From positions 1,604 to 65,603 of the forward strand of contig JBKEBS010000060.1 in the NCBI GenBank assembly GCA_047973265.1: a DNA stretch of 64,000 nucleotides. Reading direction: 5' to 3'. The notes beneath the pieces are model-generated. The model was not told where the DNA came from. It did no database searches and was given only the letters and a program-made list of their open reading frames with translations. The number at the start of each line of letters is the position of its first letter. Position 1 is the first letter of the stretch. This DNA is from Oscillospiraceae bacterium. Its GTDB lineage: Bacteria; Bacillota; Clostridia; Oscillospirales; Ruminococcaceae. Made by a program: the position numbers and the translations under genes. This document shows positions 39,553 through 47,659 of this stretch, one piece after another.

Positions 39553-41319
39553 GTGAAAAAACTATTAGCGATTCTAATGGCGGCAATCGTGTGCCTGTCG
39601 GCGTTCTCCGCATGCACCCCATCCGGGGAGACTGCGTCTTCCCCCTCTACGGAAAGCGCGGAGGGCTCTGTATCCTCGGGGACAGAGTCCCCTGCAAGCA
39701 CACAGGAGCCCGCGGCTTCGGATGAGGAGCTGTATGTGATCCCCCTGCTGCTGGGCAGCAACGATGTCGTCGGAATGGGCGGGATGACGCGCTCCGACGA
39801 GAGCATGGTGGGCGAGTACATCCGCGACAACTTTGGCATCGTGTTCGAATTCAGTTCCTACGCGGGTGACCTGCGGGAGAAGCAAAGCCTGATGCTGGCG
39901 GCGGAGGACTACAACGAGATGGCCTCCATGCAGCGGGACGACATCGTACAGCAGTATATCTCCGCGGGCGCGCTGATCGAGCTCGACCCCTACCTGGCCG
40001 ACGCGCCCAACTTCTCCTCCCGCTTTGAGGAGATTATCCCCTACTGGCAGATTCTCGGAGAGGGTACGCTATATAAATGGGAAAGCAACGTTCCCAGGGA
40101 GCTAGACACCGACATCGAAGTAAATGACGTAATGGTGCGCTCCGACCTGCTGGAAAAGTATGACTGGAACATGCCGCTCTCCGCCACAGAGTGGGTGGAA
40201 TTCTTTGAGGAAGTCGTGCCCGGCGCGGTGGATGTCAACGGCAACCCCATCGTGGGTCTGACGCTGCCCATGGCGGAGTCCTGGGGCCTGGCGGGCGTTG
40301 TGCCTGTCCTCTACGAAAAGAGCGAGCACTACCTGCCCCTCTCCAACGAGGGCTTCACCTATAACCATACCACTGACCGCTTTGAGGACTACTTCATGAA
40401 CCCCTATGTGAAGGAATCCTACAAGTTTTTTAGCGATCTGAACCGCAGGGGTCTGCTGGACCCCGAATGCTTTACCGATACAGCGGATGTTACTCAGCAA
40501 AAGGCCTCCACCGGCAGCGTGGCCGCCATGTTCTACACCGTGTGGCTGATGAACGCTGCCAACAACGCTCTGACGGACAGCGGCAACGAGGAAATGTGCT
40601 ACATCCGCGTCCCAATCCAGTCCGACGTCTCGGTGGCAAACGGCGAAAAGCGCCTGGTTCGCATGGAGACCACCCGCTCCTTCAACTCCTGGGGACTCAC
40701 GAAAAACTGCCGCGACCCCGAAAAAATAATGAAGCTGCTCGACTGGGCCAGCACCGATGAAGGGCAGATCATGCTTCGCTCCGGTATTGAGGGAGTGCAC
40801 TGGGAGCGGGACGAGTCCGGCAACCGCGTCTGGACAGACGAATTTGTGAAGTGTAAGCGCGAAGCCACCTACAACCGCACCCAAGGTGTGGGAACTTTTG
40901 GCGCCGGAATCGGCATTCCCCAGTTCAACCTGCTGGCAGAGGACGGACAACCCCACGATTTGGCCAGTACCATTGAGTGGATTGACGGCGAGAACCTTCT
41001 GCCCCGCCAGAAAGAGGCCTATGAAAAGCTGGGCTGGGATTCTTCCCTGACCTGGTACAGCGAAAACATCGCGCTGGGTCACACCGGGCTGGCCGGTTCC
41101 ATCTACATTGACCCCACCTCCGACCTGGGCAAGCTGCATATCAAGATGACCGAGACAAGGGTCAAGCACACCGCTCCCATGATCATGGCCACCACCGACG
41201 AGGAATTTGAGGCGGCCTACGCCGCGGCCATGGCGGAATACGACAAGCTGGATCACGAATCGGTGATCGACGAGTTCAACCGCCTGTATGACGAGCAGAA
41301 GGCGGCGCTGGAGCAATAG
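39553..41319 (+). CDS. Carbohydrate ABC solute-binding lipoprotein
   Basis: GGAGG SD + GTG; lipobox FSAC; Ser/Thr linker; GIEGVHW. Confidence 0.9.
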   Translation: MKKLLAILMAAIVCLSAFSACTPSGETASSPSTESAEGSVSSGTESPASTQEPAASDEELYVIPLLLGSNDVVGMGGMTRSDESMVGEYIRDNFGIVFEFSSYAGDLREKQSLMLAAEDYNEMASMQRDDIVQQYISAGALIELDPYLADAPNFSSRFEEIIPYWQILGEGTLYKWESNVPRELDTDIEVNDVMVRSDLLEKYDWNMPLSATEWVEFFEEVVPGAVDVNGNPIVGLTLPMAESWGLAGVVPVLYEKSEHYLPLSNEGFTYNHTTDRFEDYFMNPYVKESYKFFSDLNRRGLLDPECFTDTADVTQQKASTGSVAAMFYTVWLMNAANNALTDSGNEEMCYIRVPIQSDVSVANGEKRLVRMETTRSFNSWGLTKNCRDPEKIMKLLDWASTDEGQIMLRSGIEGVHWERDESGNRVWTDEFVKCKREATYNRTQGVGTFGAGIGIPQFNLLAEDGQPHDLASTIEWIDGENLLPRQKEAYEKLGWDSSLTWYSENIALGHTGLAGSIYIDPTSDLGKLHIKMTETRVKHTAPMIMATTDEEFEAAYAAAMAEYDKLDHESVIDEFNRLYDEQKAALEQ

Positions 41320-41333
41320 AAAGCACATTTTCG

Positions 41334-41367
41334 CGGAAAGACCGGCCCCTTTCGGGCCGGTCTTCCG
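41334..41367 (+). other. GC-rich hairpin after the SBP gene (mRNA stabiliser/partial terminator)
   Basis: AAGACCGGCCC-CTTTC-GGGCCGGTCTT. Confidence 0.7.
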
Positions 41368-41390
41368 ATCAACAGCGAGGTGATGGCAGT

Positions 41391-42350
41391 ATGACGAAAC
41401 TGGCAAGACCTGCCGCGGATCGTCCAACAACCAAAAGGAAGAGCCTGTGGGGAAGAATCAAGCGGCAAAAGTTTGTGCTTGCGATGATGCTGCCCTCCCT
41501 GGTCTTGACCTTTATCTTCTTCTATCTCCCCCTGAGCGGCTGGGTAATCGCCTTCAGCGAATATAAGCTGGGAGGGCCGCTGTTCGGGAATGCCTGGGTG
41601 GGGCTAAAGCAGTTCAAGCGCTTTTTGTTTGACAGCTCCGACTTCAGCTACCTGCTTCAAAATACGCTGGTGATCAATGTCTCGGTCATCTTTGTGAATA
41701 TCGCGGTGGCGGGGGTATTTTCCATCGTCCTCAACGACATGCGGCGCAAGCGGATGGCAAAGACAGTGCAGACCATTGCATTCTTCCCCTACTTTATCTC
41801 CTGGGTGATCGCCTATGCACTGGTCTGGGCTCTGTTCGCGGTGCGCTCCGGCTCCATCAACCAGTTTCTGGTGGGCGCGGGGGCGATACCCAGCGGCTTC
41901 AACATCCTGGGTGATCCGAAATACTCCTGGGGGCTCATGATTGTGCTGAGCATCTGGAAGTACACGGGGTACAACACCGTCATCTTCCTCTCGGCCATCA
42001 GCGGCATTCCCCACGAGGAGTATGAGGCCGCCGCCATCGACGGGGCGGGGCGCTTCCGACGGATGTACTATGTCACCTTTAAGAACATGCTGCCCTCTGC
42101 GGCGATTTTGCTGATCATGAACAGCGGGTGGGTGCTCAACTCCAACCTGGAGCAGTTTTTTGTCTTCACCAACTCCACCAACTGGCAGCGGATGGAGGTG
42201 CTGGACATGTACATCTACAAGTTCGGGCTCCAGAGCCTGGACTATTCCTACGCGACGGCGGTGGGCATCATGAAGACGCTGGTGAGCATCCTGCTTGTCA
42301 TAGGGGTGAACTTCTCCAGCAAGAAGCTGAACGGCTCGGCGATTTTCTAA
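41391..42350 (+). CDS. Carbohydrate ABC permease
   Basis: PYFISWVI and YEAAAIDGAG. Confidence 0.95.
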   Translation: MTKLARPAADRPTTKRKSLWGRIKRQKFVLAMMLPSLVLTFIFFYLPLSGWVIAFSEYKLGGPLFGNAWVGLKQFKRFLFDSSDFSYLLQNTLVINVSVIFVNIAVAGVFSIVLNDMRRKRMAKTVQTIAFFPYFISWVIAYALVWALFAVRSGSINQFLVGAGAIPSGFNILGDPKYSWGLMIVLSIWKYTGYNTVIFLSAISGIPHEEYEAAAIDGAGRFRRMYYVTFKNMLPSAAILLIMNSGWVLNSNLEQFFVFTNSTNWQRMEVLDMYIYKFGLQSLDYSYATAVGIMKTLVSILLVIGVNFSSKKLNGSAIF

Positions 42351-42403
42351 AAGAAATGGAATGGAGAAGGCTTGAAAACAGGTAATCAAGCCTTGATAAG
42401 GAG

Positions 42404-43291
42404 TTGAAATTTATGATAGAAAAAAGATCGGCGGGGGAGCGCGTGTACGACGCGCTGGTGTACCTCTTTATGCTGGTGCTGCTGGTTGTCATGATCTACC
42501 CGTTCCTGTATATTGTAAATTACTCCATCTCCTCCGCGGGGCAGATCAGCCAGCCTCTGCTTCTCTGGCCCCAGGGGGTCAACTTTGAATCCTACAAGCT
42601 GCTGTTCAGCGACGACTCTGTTTTCCGGGCATTCTTCATCTCGGTGAGCCGCAGCGTGCTGGGCTCCGCCATTATGCTGCTGGTGACGGGGACGGGGGCC
42701 TATGCCATCAGCCGGCCCAACCTGATATTCGGCAAGTTTTTCCGCATGTTTTTTCTCTTCACCATGTACTTCAGCGCGGGGGTCATCCCCACCTATATCC
42801 TGTACAAAAACCTGGGGCTCACCAACTCCTTTTGGGTGTATATCTGGCCCATGGCGGTTGTCCCCTTCAACATGATACTGATCAAAACCTACATCGAATC
42901 TCTCCCCCGGGAGCTGGAGGAGGCCGTGCTCATCGACGGCGGCACCGAGGTGGACTCCTACTTCCGGGTCATCCTGCAGATGTGCCTGCCGGTCAACGCG
43001 GCGGTGCTGATGTTCTCCTGCATCAACCACTGGAACTCCTTTATCGACACCCAGCTCTACAACGCCATGCGGCCCGATCTGCACACCCTCCAGTACGTGC
43101 TGTACAACACCCTGGCCGTTCAGATGCAGCGCTCGCTGGAGGATGCAAAGAATATGGTGGCTGGGGTGGTCTCCAGCCAGTCGCTGAAAATGGCGATCAC
43201 GGTGGTCACAGTGGTGCCCATCATGTGCGTGTATCCCTTCCTGCGCAAGTATTTTGTGTCCGGCCTGCTGGTGGGGTCGGTGAAAGCTTAG
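42404..43291 (+). CDS. Carbohydrate ABC permease
   Basis: MYFSAGVIPTY, ELEEAVLIDG and YPFLRKYF. Confidence 0.95.
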   Translation: MKFMIEKRSAGERVYDALVYLFMLVLLVVMIYPFLYIVNYSISSAGQISQPLLLWPQGVNFESYKLLFSDDSVFRAFFISVSRSVLGSAIMLLVTGTGAYAISRPNLIFGKFFRMFFLFTMYFSAGVIPTYILYKNLGLTNSFWVYIWPMAVVPFNMILIKTYIESLPRELEEAVLIDGGTEVDSYFRVILQMCLPVNAAVLMFSCINHWNSFIDTQLYNAMRPDLHTLQYVLYNTLAVQMQRSLEDAKNMVAGVVSSQSLKMAITVVTVVPIMCVYPFLRKYFVSGLLVGSVKA

Positions 43292-43309
43292 ACGATTGGA
43301 GGACTGATT

Positions 43310-44449
43310 ATGATCAAGATCGGCATAGCGGGCGTGCGGGGGCTCTCTTCCCTGATGGGCTTCCGGGAGATTCCGGATGTGGAGGTGGCGGCCCTCTGCG
43401 ACCTGGACGAAGAGCTGCTCCAGAGCCAACTTCTGGAGCACGATATTCCCAAAGGCTACCGCATTTTTGAGGATATGCTGGAGTCCGACATCGACGCTGT
43501 CGTGATCGCGACCCCCATGCAGTGCCATGTACCACAGGCCATCGCCGCGCTGCAGGCGGGCAAGCACGTGCTCAGCGAGGTGACGGCGGGCATCTCCATG
43601 GATGAGCTCTGGTGGCTCATCGAGTGTGTGGAGAAGAGCGGCCTCACCTACATGATGGCGGAGAATTACTGCTACATGCCTGATAATCAGCTGATTCTCA
43701 GCCTGGTGGAGAAGGGCCTGCTGGGCAAGCCCTATTACGCCGAGGGGGAGTACCTGCACAACCTGCAGTCCATGCTGACCTACAACTACGGGCTGCACCA
43801 AAGCGGCAAGACCTCCTGGCGGAACTACTGGCAGATGGGCGTTCACGGCGCGTACTACCCCACCCACAGCATCGGCCCGGCCATGCAGTGGTTCAGGGGT
43901 GAGCGCATCAGCAGCGTTGCCTGCTTCGGCAGCGGGCGGAACAACGACCTCTCCCTGCGGCAGGAGGATACCACAGTCACGATGTGTCAGCTGGAGGGCG
44001 GCGGTCTGGCACGCATCCGGCTGGACGCGGTCTCCCCGCGGCCCCACCAGATGGCTTACTATACAATTCAGGGCACCGAGGGCGTAGTGGAGGCGGCCCG
44101 TGTGGCCGGGGAACCGGCAAGGATATGGCTGCGCTCTATGGAAGCGGACATCGACAAGGCGGAGTGGCAAAATCTCAGCGAGTTTGCCGACTATTTGCCG
44201 GAGCGCTACAAGAACGCAACTGAGGAACAGCGGAAGGCCGGGCACGGCGGCGGGGACTTCTTCATTGTAGAAGACTTCATCAAGGCTGTTCGCGGGGAAT
44301 GCGCCCCACCGGTGGACGTCTATACCGCCTGTGAGTGGACAGCTGTTGGCCTGCTCAGCGCGCTGAGCGTCACCAACGGCAACCGGGTGATGGAGATGCC
44401 CCGATTCCGCAAAAACATGCCCTTTGAGGAGCAGCACATCAGACTATAA
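43310..44449 (+). CDS. Gfo/Idh/MocA protein, GH109-like
   Basis: GKHVLSEV, MMAENYCY, EGEYLH, YPTHSIGP and GHGGGDF. Confidence 0.85.
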   Translation: MIKIGIAGVRGLSSLMGFREIPDVEVAALCDLDEELLQSQLLEHDIPKGYRIFEDMLESDIDAVVIATPMQCHVPQAIAALQAGKHVLSEVTAGISMDELWWLIECVEKSGLTYMMAENYCYMPDNQLILSLVEKGLLGKPYYAEGEYLHNLQSMLTYNYGLHQSGKTSWRNYWQMGVHGAYYPTHSIGPAMQWFRGERISSVACFGSGRNNDLSLRQEDTTVTMCQLEGGGLARIRLDAVSPRPHQMAYYTIQGTEGVVEAARVAGEPARIWLRSMEADIDKAEWQNLSEFADYLPERYKNATEEQRKAGHGGGDFFIVEDFIKAVRGECAPPVDVYTACEWTAVGLLSALSVTNGNRVMEMPRFRKNMPFEEQHIRL

Positions 44450-44459
44450 GGGGATTGCC

Positions 44460-45593
44460 ATGCAGAATGAAAACAAAAGCCGCATCCTCGATACGCTACA
44501 GGGAAAAGAAACAGCGGGCATCCCCATTTGGGGCCCGAATATTATGGAGCATTCGGTGCTGGAACTGCTGGACGGCTCGGGGCGGCGCTATGTAGACGAT
44601 CCCTACGGCGTCTATATCGGCGCGCTGCAAAAAATCGGTGTGGACATGGTGGATCAGTTTATCCCCACCAACCCCCTGAGCATGGGGGCGGGTGGCTACG
44701 ACGGCCCTTCGGGGGAGCACAACGCGCCCGACTCCGGCATCGTGCTGGACGGCATCACCATTGACTCCCCCGAGGCGGTGGCGGAGCATATGGAGGCGGT
44801 GCTGATCCCCTCTATCGAAGCCAAGATTCGGGATTTTTCAGAGGGGGAGATTGTCGGCAGGGTAGTGGAGGATGAATCCATGGCGCAGCAGATGCTGGGG
44901 CCGTCTATCCAGAAACTGGGCTACGGGCACTTGGTTTTCCCCACGCTGGAATACTTTCGGTACGGCTATGTGAACTACTTCATGGCCTACGCCATCTACC
45001 CCGAGATCATCGACCGGCTGTTTGCCGCACAGGCGGATTATGCCGTGCTGCACAACCGAGCCGCCGTGAAGGCGTATCTCTCCACCGGAAGGCCGCTGTA
45101 CACCCGGCTGGATCACGACATGGCCGATTCCCGCGGGCTGCTGGTCTCCCTCTCCTCGTTGGAGCGGAGCTGGCTGGGGAGCTTTCGCCGGTCGATTGAA
45201 CCGGCTGTGGAGGCGGGGTTCCGCCTGCTCTGGCACTGCGACGGCAACCTCATGCAGCTGCTGCCCCGCCTGATCGAGTGCGGGGTGAACGGCTTCCAGG
45301 GCTTTCAGTACGAGGACGGGATGGATTATGAGAAAATCTGTGCCTGGAAAGACAGGGACGGCGGTGATCTTGTGATCATCGGGGGGATATCGGTTACCAG
45401 GGAGCTTCCCATGGGAACGCCCGCGGACGTAAAGCGGCAGCTGGAATTCTTGGTGGAGCATGGGCCGAGAAATGGACTGATCCTGGGCTTTTCCAGTTCC
45501 TGTGCGCCGGGCACACCGGTTGAAAATATCCTCACGGCGGTGGAGGGGCTGCAATATTACCAGAAGTATGGACGGCTGAAAGGATGGCAGTGA
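44460..45593 (+). CDS. Uroporphyrinogen decarboxylase/MtaA-CmuA superfamily protein
   Basis: DHDMA, LWHCDGN, GGIS...LPMGTPADV and SSSC.PGTPVENI. Confidence 0.8.
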   Translation: MQNENKSRILDTLQGKETAGIPIWGPNIMEHSVLELLDGSGRRYVDDPYGVYIGALQKIGVDMVDQFIPTNPLSMGAGGYDGPSGEHNAPDSGIVLDGITIDSPEAVAEHMEAVLIPSIEAKIRDFSEGEIVGRVVEDESMAQQMLGPSIQKLGYGHLVFPTLEYFRYGYVNYFMAYAIYPEIIDRLFAAQADYAVLHNRAAVKAYLSTGRPLYTRLDHDMADSRGLLVSLSSLERSWLGSFRRSIEPAVEAGFRLLWHCDGNLMQLLPRLIECGVNGFQGFQYEDGMDYEKICAWKDRDGGDLVIIGGISVTRELPMGTPADVKRQLEFLVEHGPRNGLILGFSSSCAPGTPVENILTAVEGLQYYQKYGRLKGWQ

Positions 45594-45594
45594 T

Positions 45595-46815
45595 ATGGGA
45601 AAGGAAATCCGCGTGGGCGTGGTGGGCGTTTCCAGGGGGATGAGCTTTGCGGTAAATGCAGCTCTCTCCGGCATGAAGCTGGTGGCCCTCTGCGACACTT
45701 GGAAGGAAAAGCTGGCGGAGATCGACGTGGGTGCGGATGTGGCAAAATACACCGACTACGACGAGTTCCTCCGCCACGACATGGATGCCGTAGTGTTGGC
45801 CAACTACTTCGACGAGCACGCGCCCTTCGCCATCAAGGCCCTGCACACCGGGAAGCACGTGCTCAGCGAGACCACCTGCAATGTCTCCGTGGCGGAGGGG
45901 GTGGCTCTCTGCGAGGCTGTGGAGGAGACAAAGCTCGTCTACATGCTGGCGGAAAACTACTGCTACACCCGCTTCAACCAGGAGCTCCGAAGAATTTATC
46001 GCAGCGGTGAGCTGGGAGAAGTGCGCTACGCGGAAGGGGAGTACAATCACCCCATGGCGCCGGAGGAGCGGCTGCGCATTTCCCCCGGTTTTGGGCATTG
46101 GAGGAATCACCTTCCGCCCAGTTGCTACAACACCCATGCCCTGGCGCCGCTCATGTACATCACGGAGTGTATGCCGATTTCAGTCAACGGGCTGAATATC
46201 TCCGCCCCGGAGGTGGGGGAGGGGACGGCCTGCATCAGCGATCCGGGCTTCGTCACACTCTGCCGCATGGACAACGGCGCGGTGTTCCGCCTGTTCGGGC
46301 TTGTGATGCCGGGGCACTCCAACTGGTACCGTGTCCACGGGACAAAGGGGGCCGCCGAGATCACCCGGGGACCCGGCTACTTCGGGCCGGAGCAGGTGAG
46401 GGTGTGGCACGAGGAGTGGAACCGCCCGGATTCTCCGGACATTCCGCTGGAGAGAACCTACTTGCCCGACTGGCCCTCCAACGCAGAAGAGGCAGAGAAG
46501 GCCGGGCACGGCGGCGGGGATTTCTGGGTGGAGCACTACTTTGCAGAGGCGATTCGGACGAAGGCACAGCCTTTCCTGGATGTGTACCGGGGTGTCGCCA
46601 TGTCGACTGTGGGGCTGTTGAGCAGGCGAAGCGCCATGCAGGATGGAGGGCCTGTTGCGGTGCCAGACTTCCGGGACAAAGTGGCGAGAAAAGCGTGTTT
46701 GAAGGATACGGAACGTGCTTTTTCCGGTGTGGAAGCGCGTGAGGCAAAGGCGAGAGAGGTTTTGGATACAGCGTCACAACAGTATGCGGAACAGTTTTGG
46801 AGAGAAAATAAATAG
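45595..46815 (+). CDS. Gfo/Idh/MocA protein, GH109-like paralogue
   Basis: GKHVLSE, MLAENYCY, EGEYNH, YNTHALAP and GHGGGDF. Confidence 0.85.
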   Translation: MGKEIRVGVVGVSRGMSFAVNAALSGMKLVALCDTWKEKLAEIDVGADVAKYTDYDEFLRHDMDAVVLANYFDEHAPFAIKALHTGKHVLSETTCNVSVAEGVALCEAVEETKLVYMLAENYCYTRFNQELRRIYRSGELGEVRYAEGEYNHPMAPEERLRISPGFGHWRNHLPPSCYNTHALAPLMYITECMPISVNGLNISAPEVGEGTACISDPGFVTLCRMDNGAVFRLFGLVMPGHSNWYRVHGTKGAAEITRGPGYFGPEQVRVWHEEWNRPDSPDIPLERTYLPDWPSNAEEAEKAGHGGGDFWVEHYFAEAIRTKAQPFLDVYRGVAMSTVGLLSRRSAMQDGGPVAVPDFRDKVARKACLKDTERAFSGVEAREAKAREVLDTASQQYAEQFWRENK

Positions 46816-46860
46816 AAAAATCCCCAAGTGCCTGAAAGCAGACACTTGGGGATTTTATTT
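46816..46860. terminator. Bidirectional terminator
   Basis: AAAATCCCCAAGTG...CACTTGGGGATTTT between convergent genes. Confidence 0.85.
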
Positions 46861-46899
46861 ATTTTACTTTTTGCGGAGGAAGTGATTGAGGTGCCTTTC

Positions 46900-47616
46900 C
46901 TACTCCTCCCAGTTGTGCCACACATTTTGCACGTCGTCATTGTCGTCCAGCATATCGATGAGCTTCTCCATCTTTTTGACGCCCTCTTCGTCCAGCCTCA
47001 CGTAGGTGGAGGGGATAAACTCCTCCTCGGCAGAGGCAAACTTGTACCCCTTGGCGGACAGGACCTCCTTGACAGTCTCCAGTTCGGTGGTGTCGGTGAA
47101 AATTTCCACCGCTTCATCCTCGATATCAAAGTCGATGGCGCCGGCCTCCAGGCAGTCCTCCATCACCTTTTCTTCATCCAGGCCGTCATTTTCAATGACG
47201 ATAACGCCCTTTCTGGAAAAGAGGAAGCCCACCGAACCGGTTTGGCCCAGATTGCCGCCGTTCTTGTCAAAGTAGTGGCGCAGGTCGCCTGCGGTGCGGT
47301 TGCGGTTGTCGGTGAGACAATCAACAATCACTGCCACGCCATTGGGGCCATACCCCTCGTAGACAATGTTTTCATAGTCCGCACCGTCCTTGTCATTGGC
47401 CCGTTTGATGTTGCGGTCGATGTTGTCGTTGGGCACGTTGAGGCTCTTCGCCTTGGCGATGATGTCCCGCAGCTTGCCGTTGGTGTTTGGATCAGGGCCG
47501 CCCTCCCGGACAGCCACCATGATCTCCCGGCCAATTTTGGTGAAGACCTTCGCCTTTTGAGAGTCGGTCTTTTCTTTTTTGCGCTTAATCGTGCTCCACT
47601 TGGAATGTCCTGACAT
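46900..47616 (-). CDS. YebC/PmpR-family protein
   Basis: MSGHSKWSTIKRKK, YEGYGP, TDNRNRT and DDVQNVWHN. Confidence 0.97.
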   Translation of the reverse strand: MSGHSKWSTIKRKKEKTDSQKAKVFTKIGREIMVAVREGGPDPNTNGKLRDIIAKAKSLNVPNDNIDRNIKRANDKDGADYENIVYEGYGPNGVAVIVDCLTDNRNRTAGDLRHYFDKNGGNLGQTGSVGFLFSRKGVIVIENDGLDEEKVMEDCLEAGAIDFDIEDEAVEIFTDTTELETVKEVLSAKGYKFASAEEEFIPSTYVRLDEEGVKKMEKLIDMLDDNDDVQNVWHNWEE

Positions 47617-47659
47617 GCGGCTTCAGTCCTTTTTATATAGGTATATGATTGGTGTCGAT

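Noticed and set aside
34126..44437. Long minus-strand ORFs (34126-35937, 40102-41430, 42386-44437)
   Set aside because: Shadow ORFs opposite clearly identified catabolic genes.
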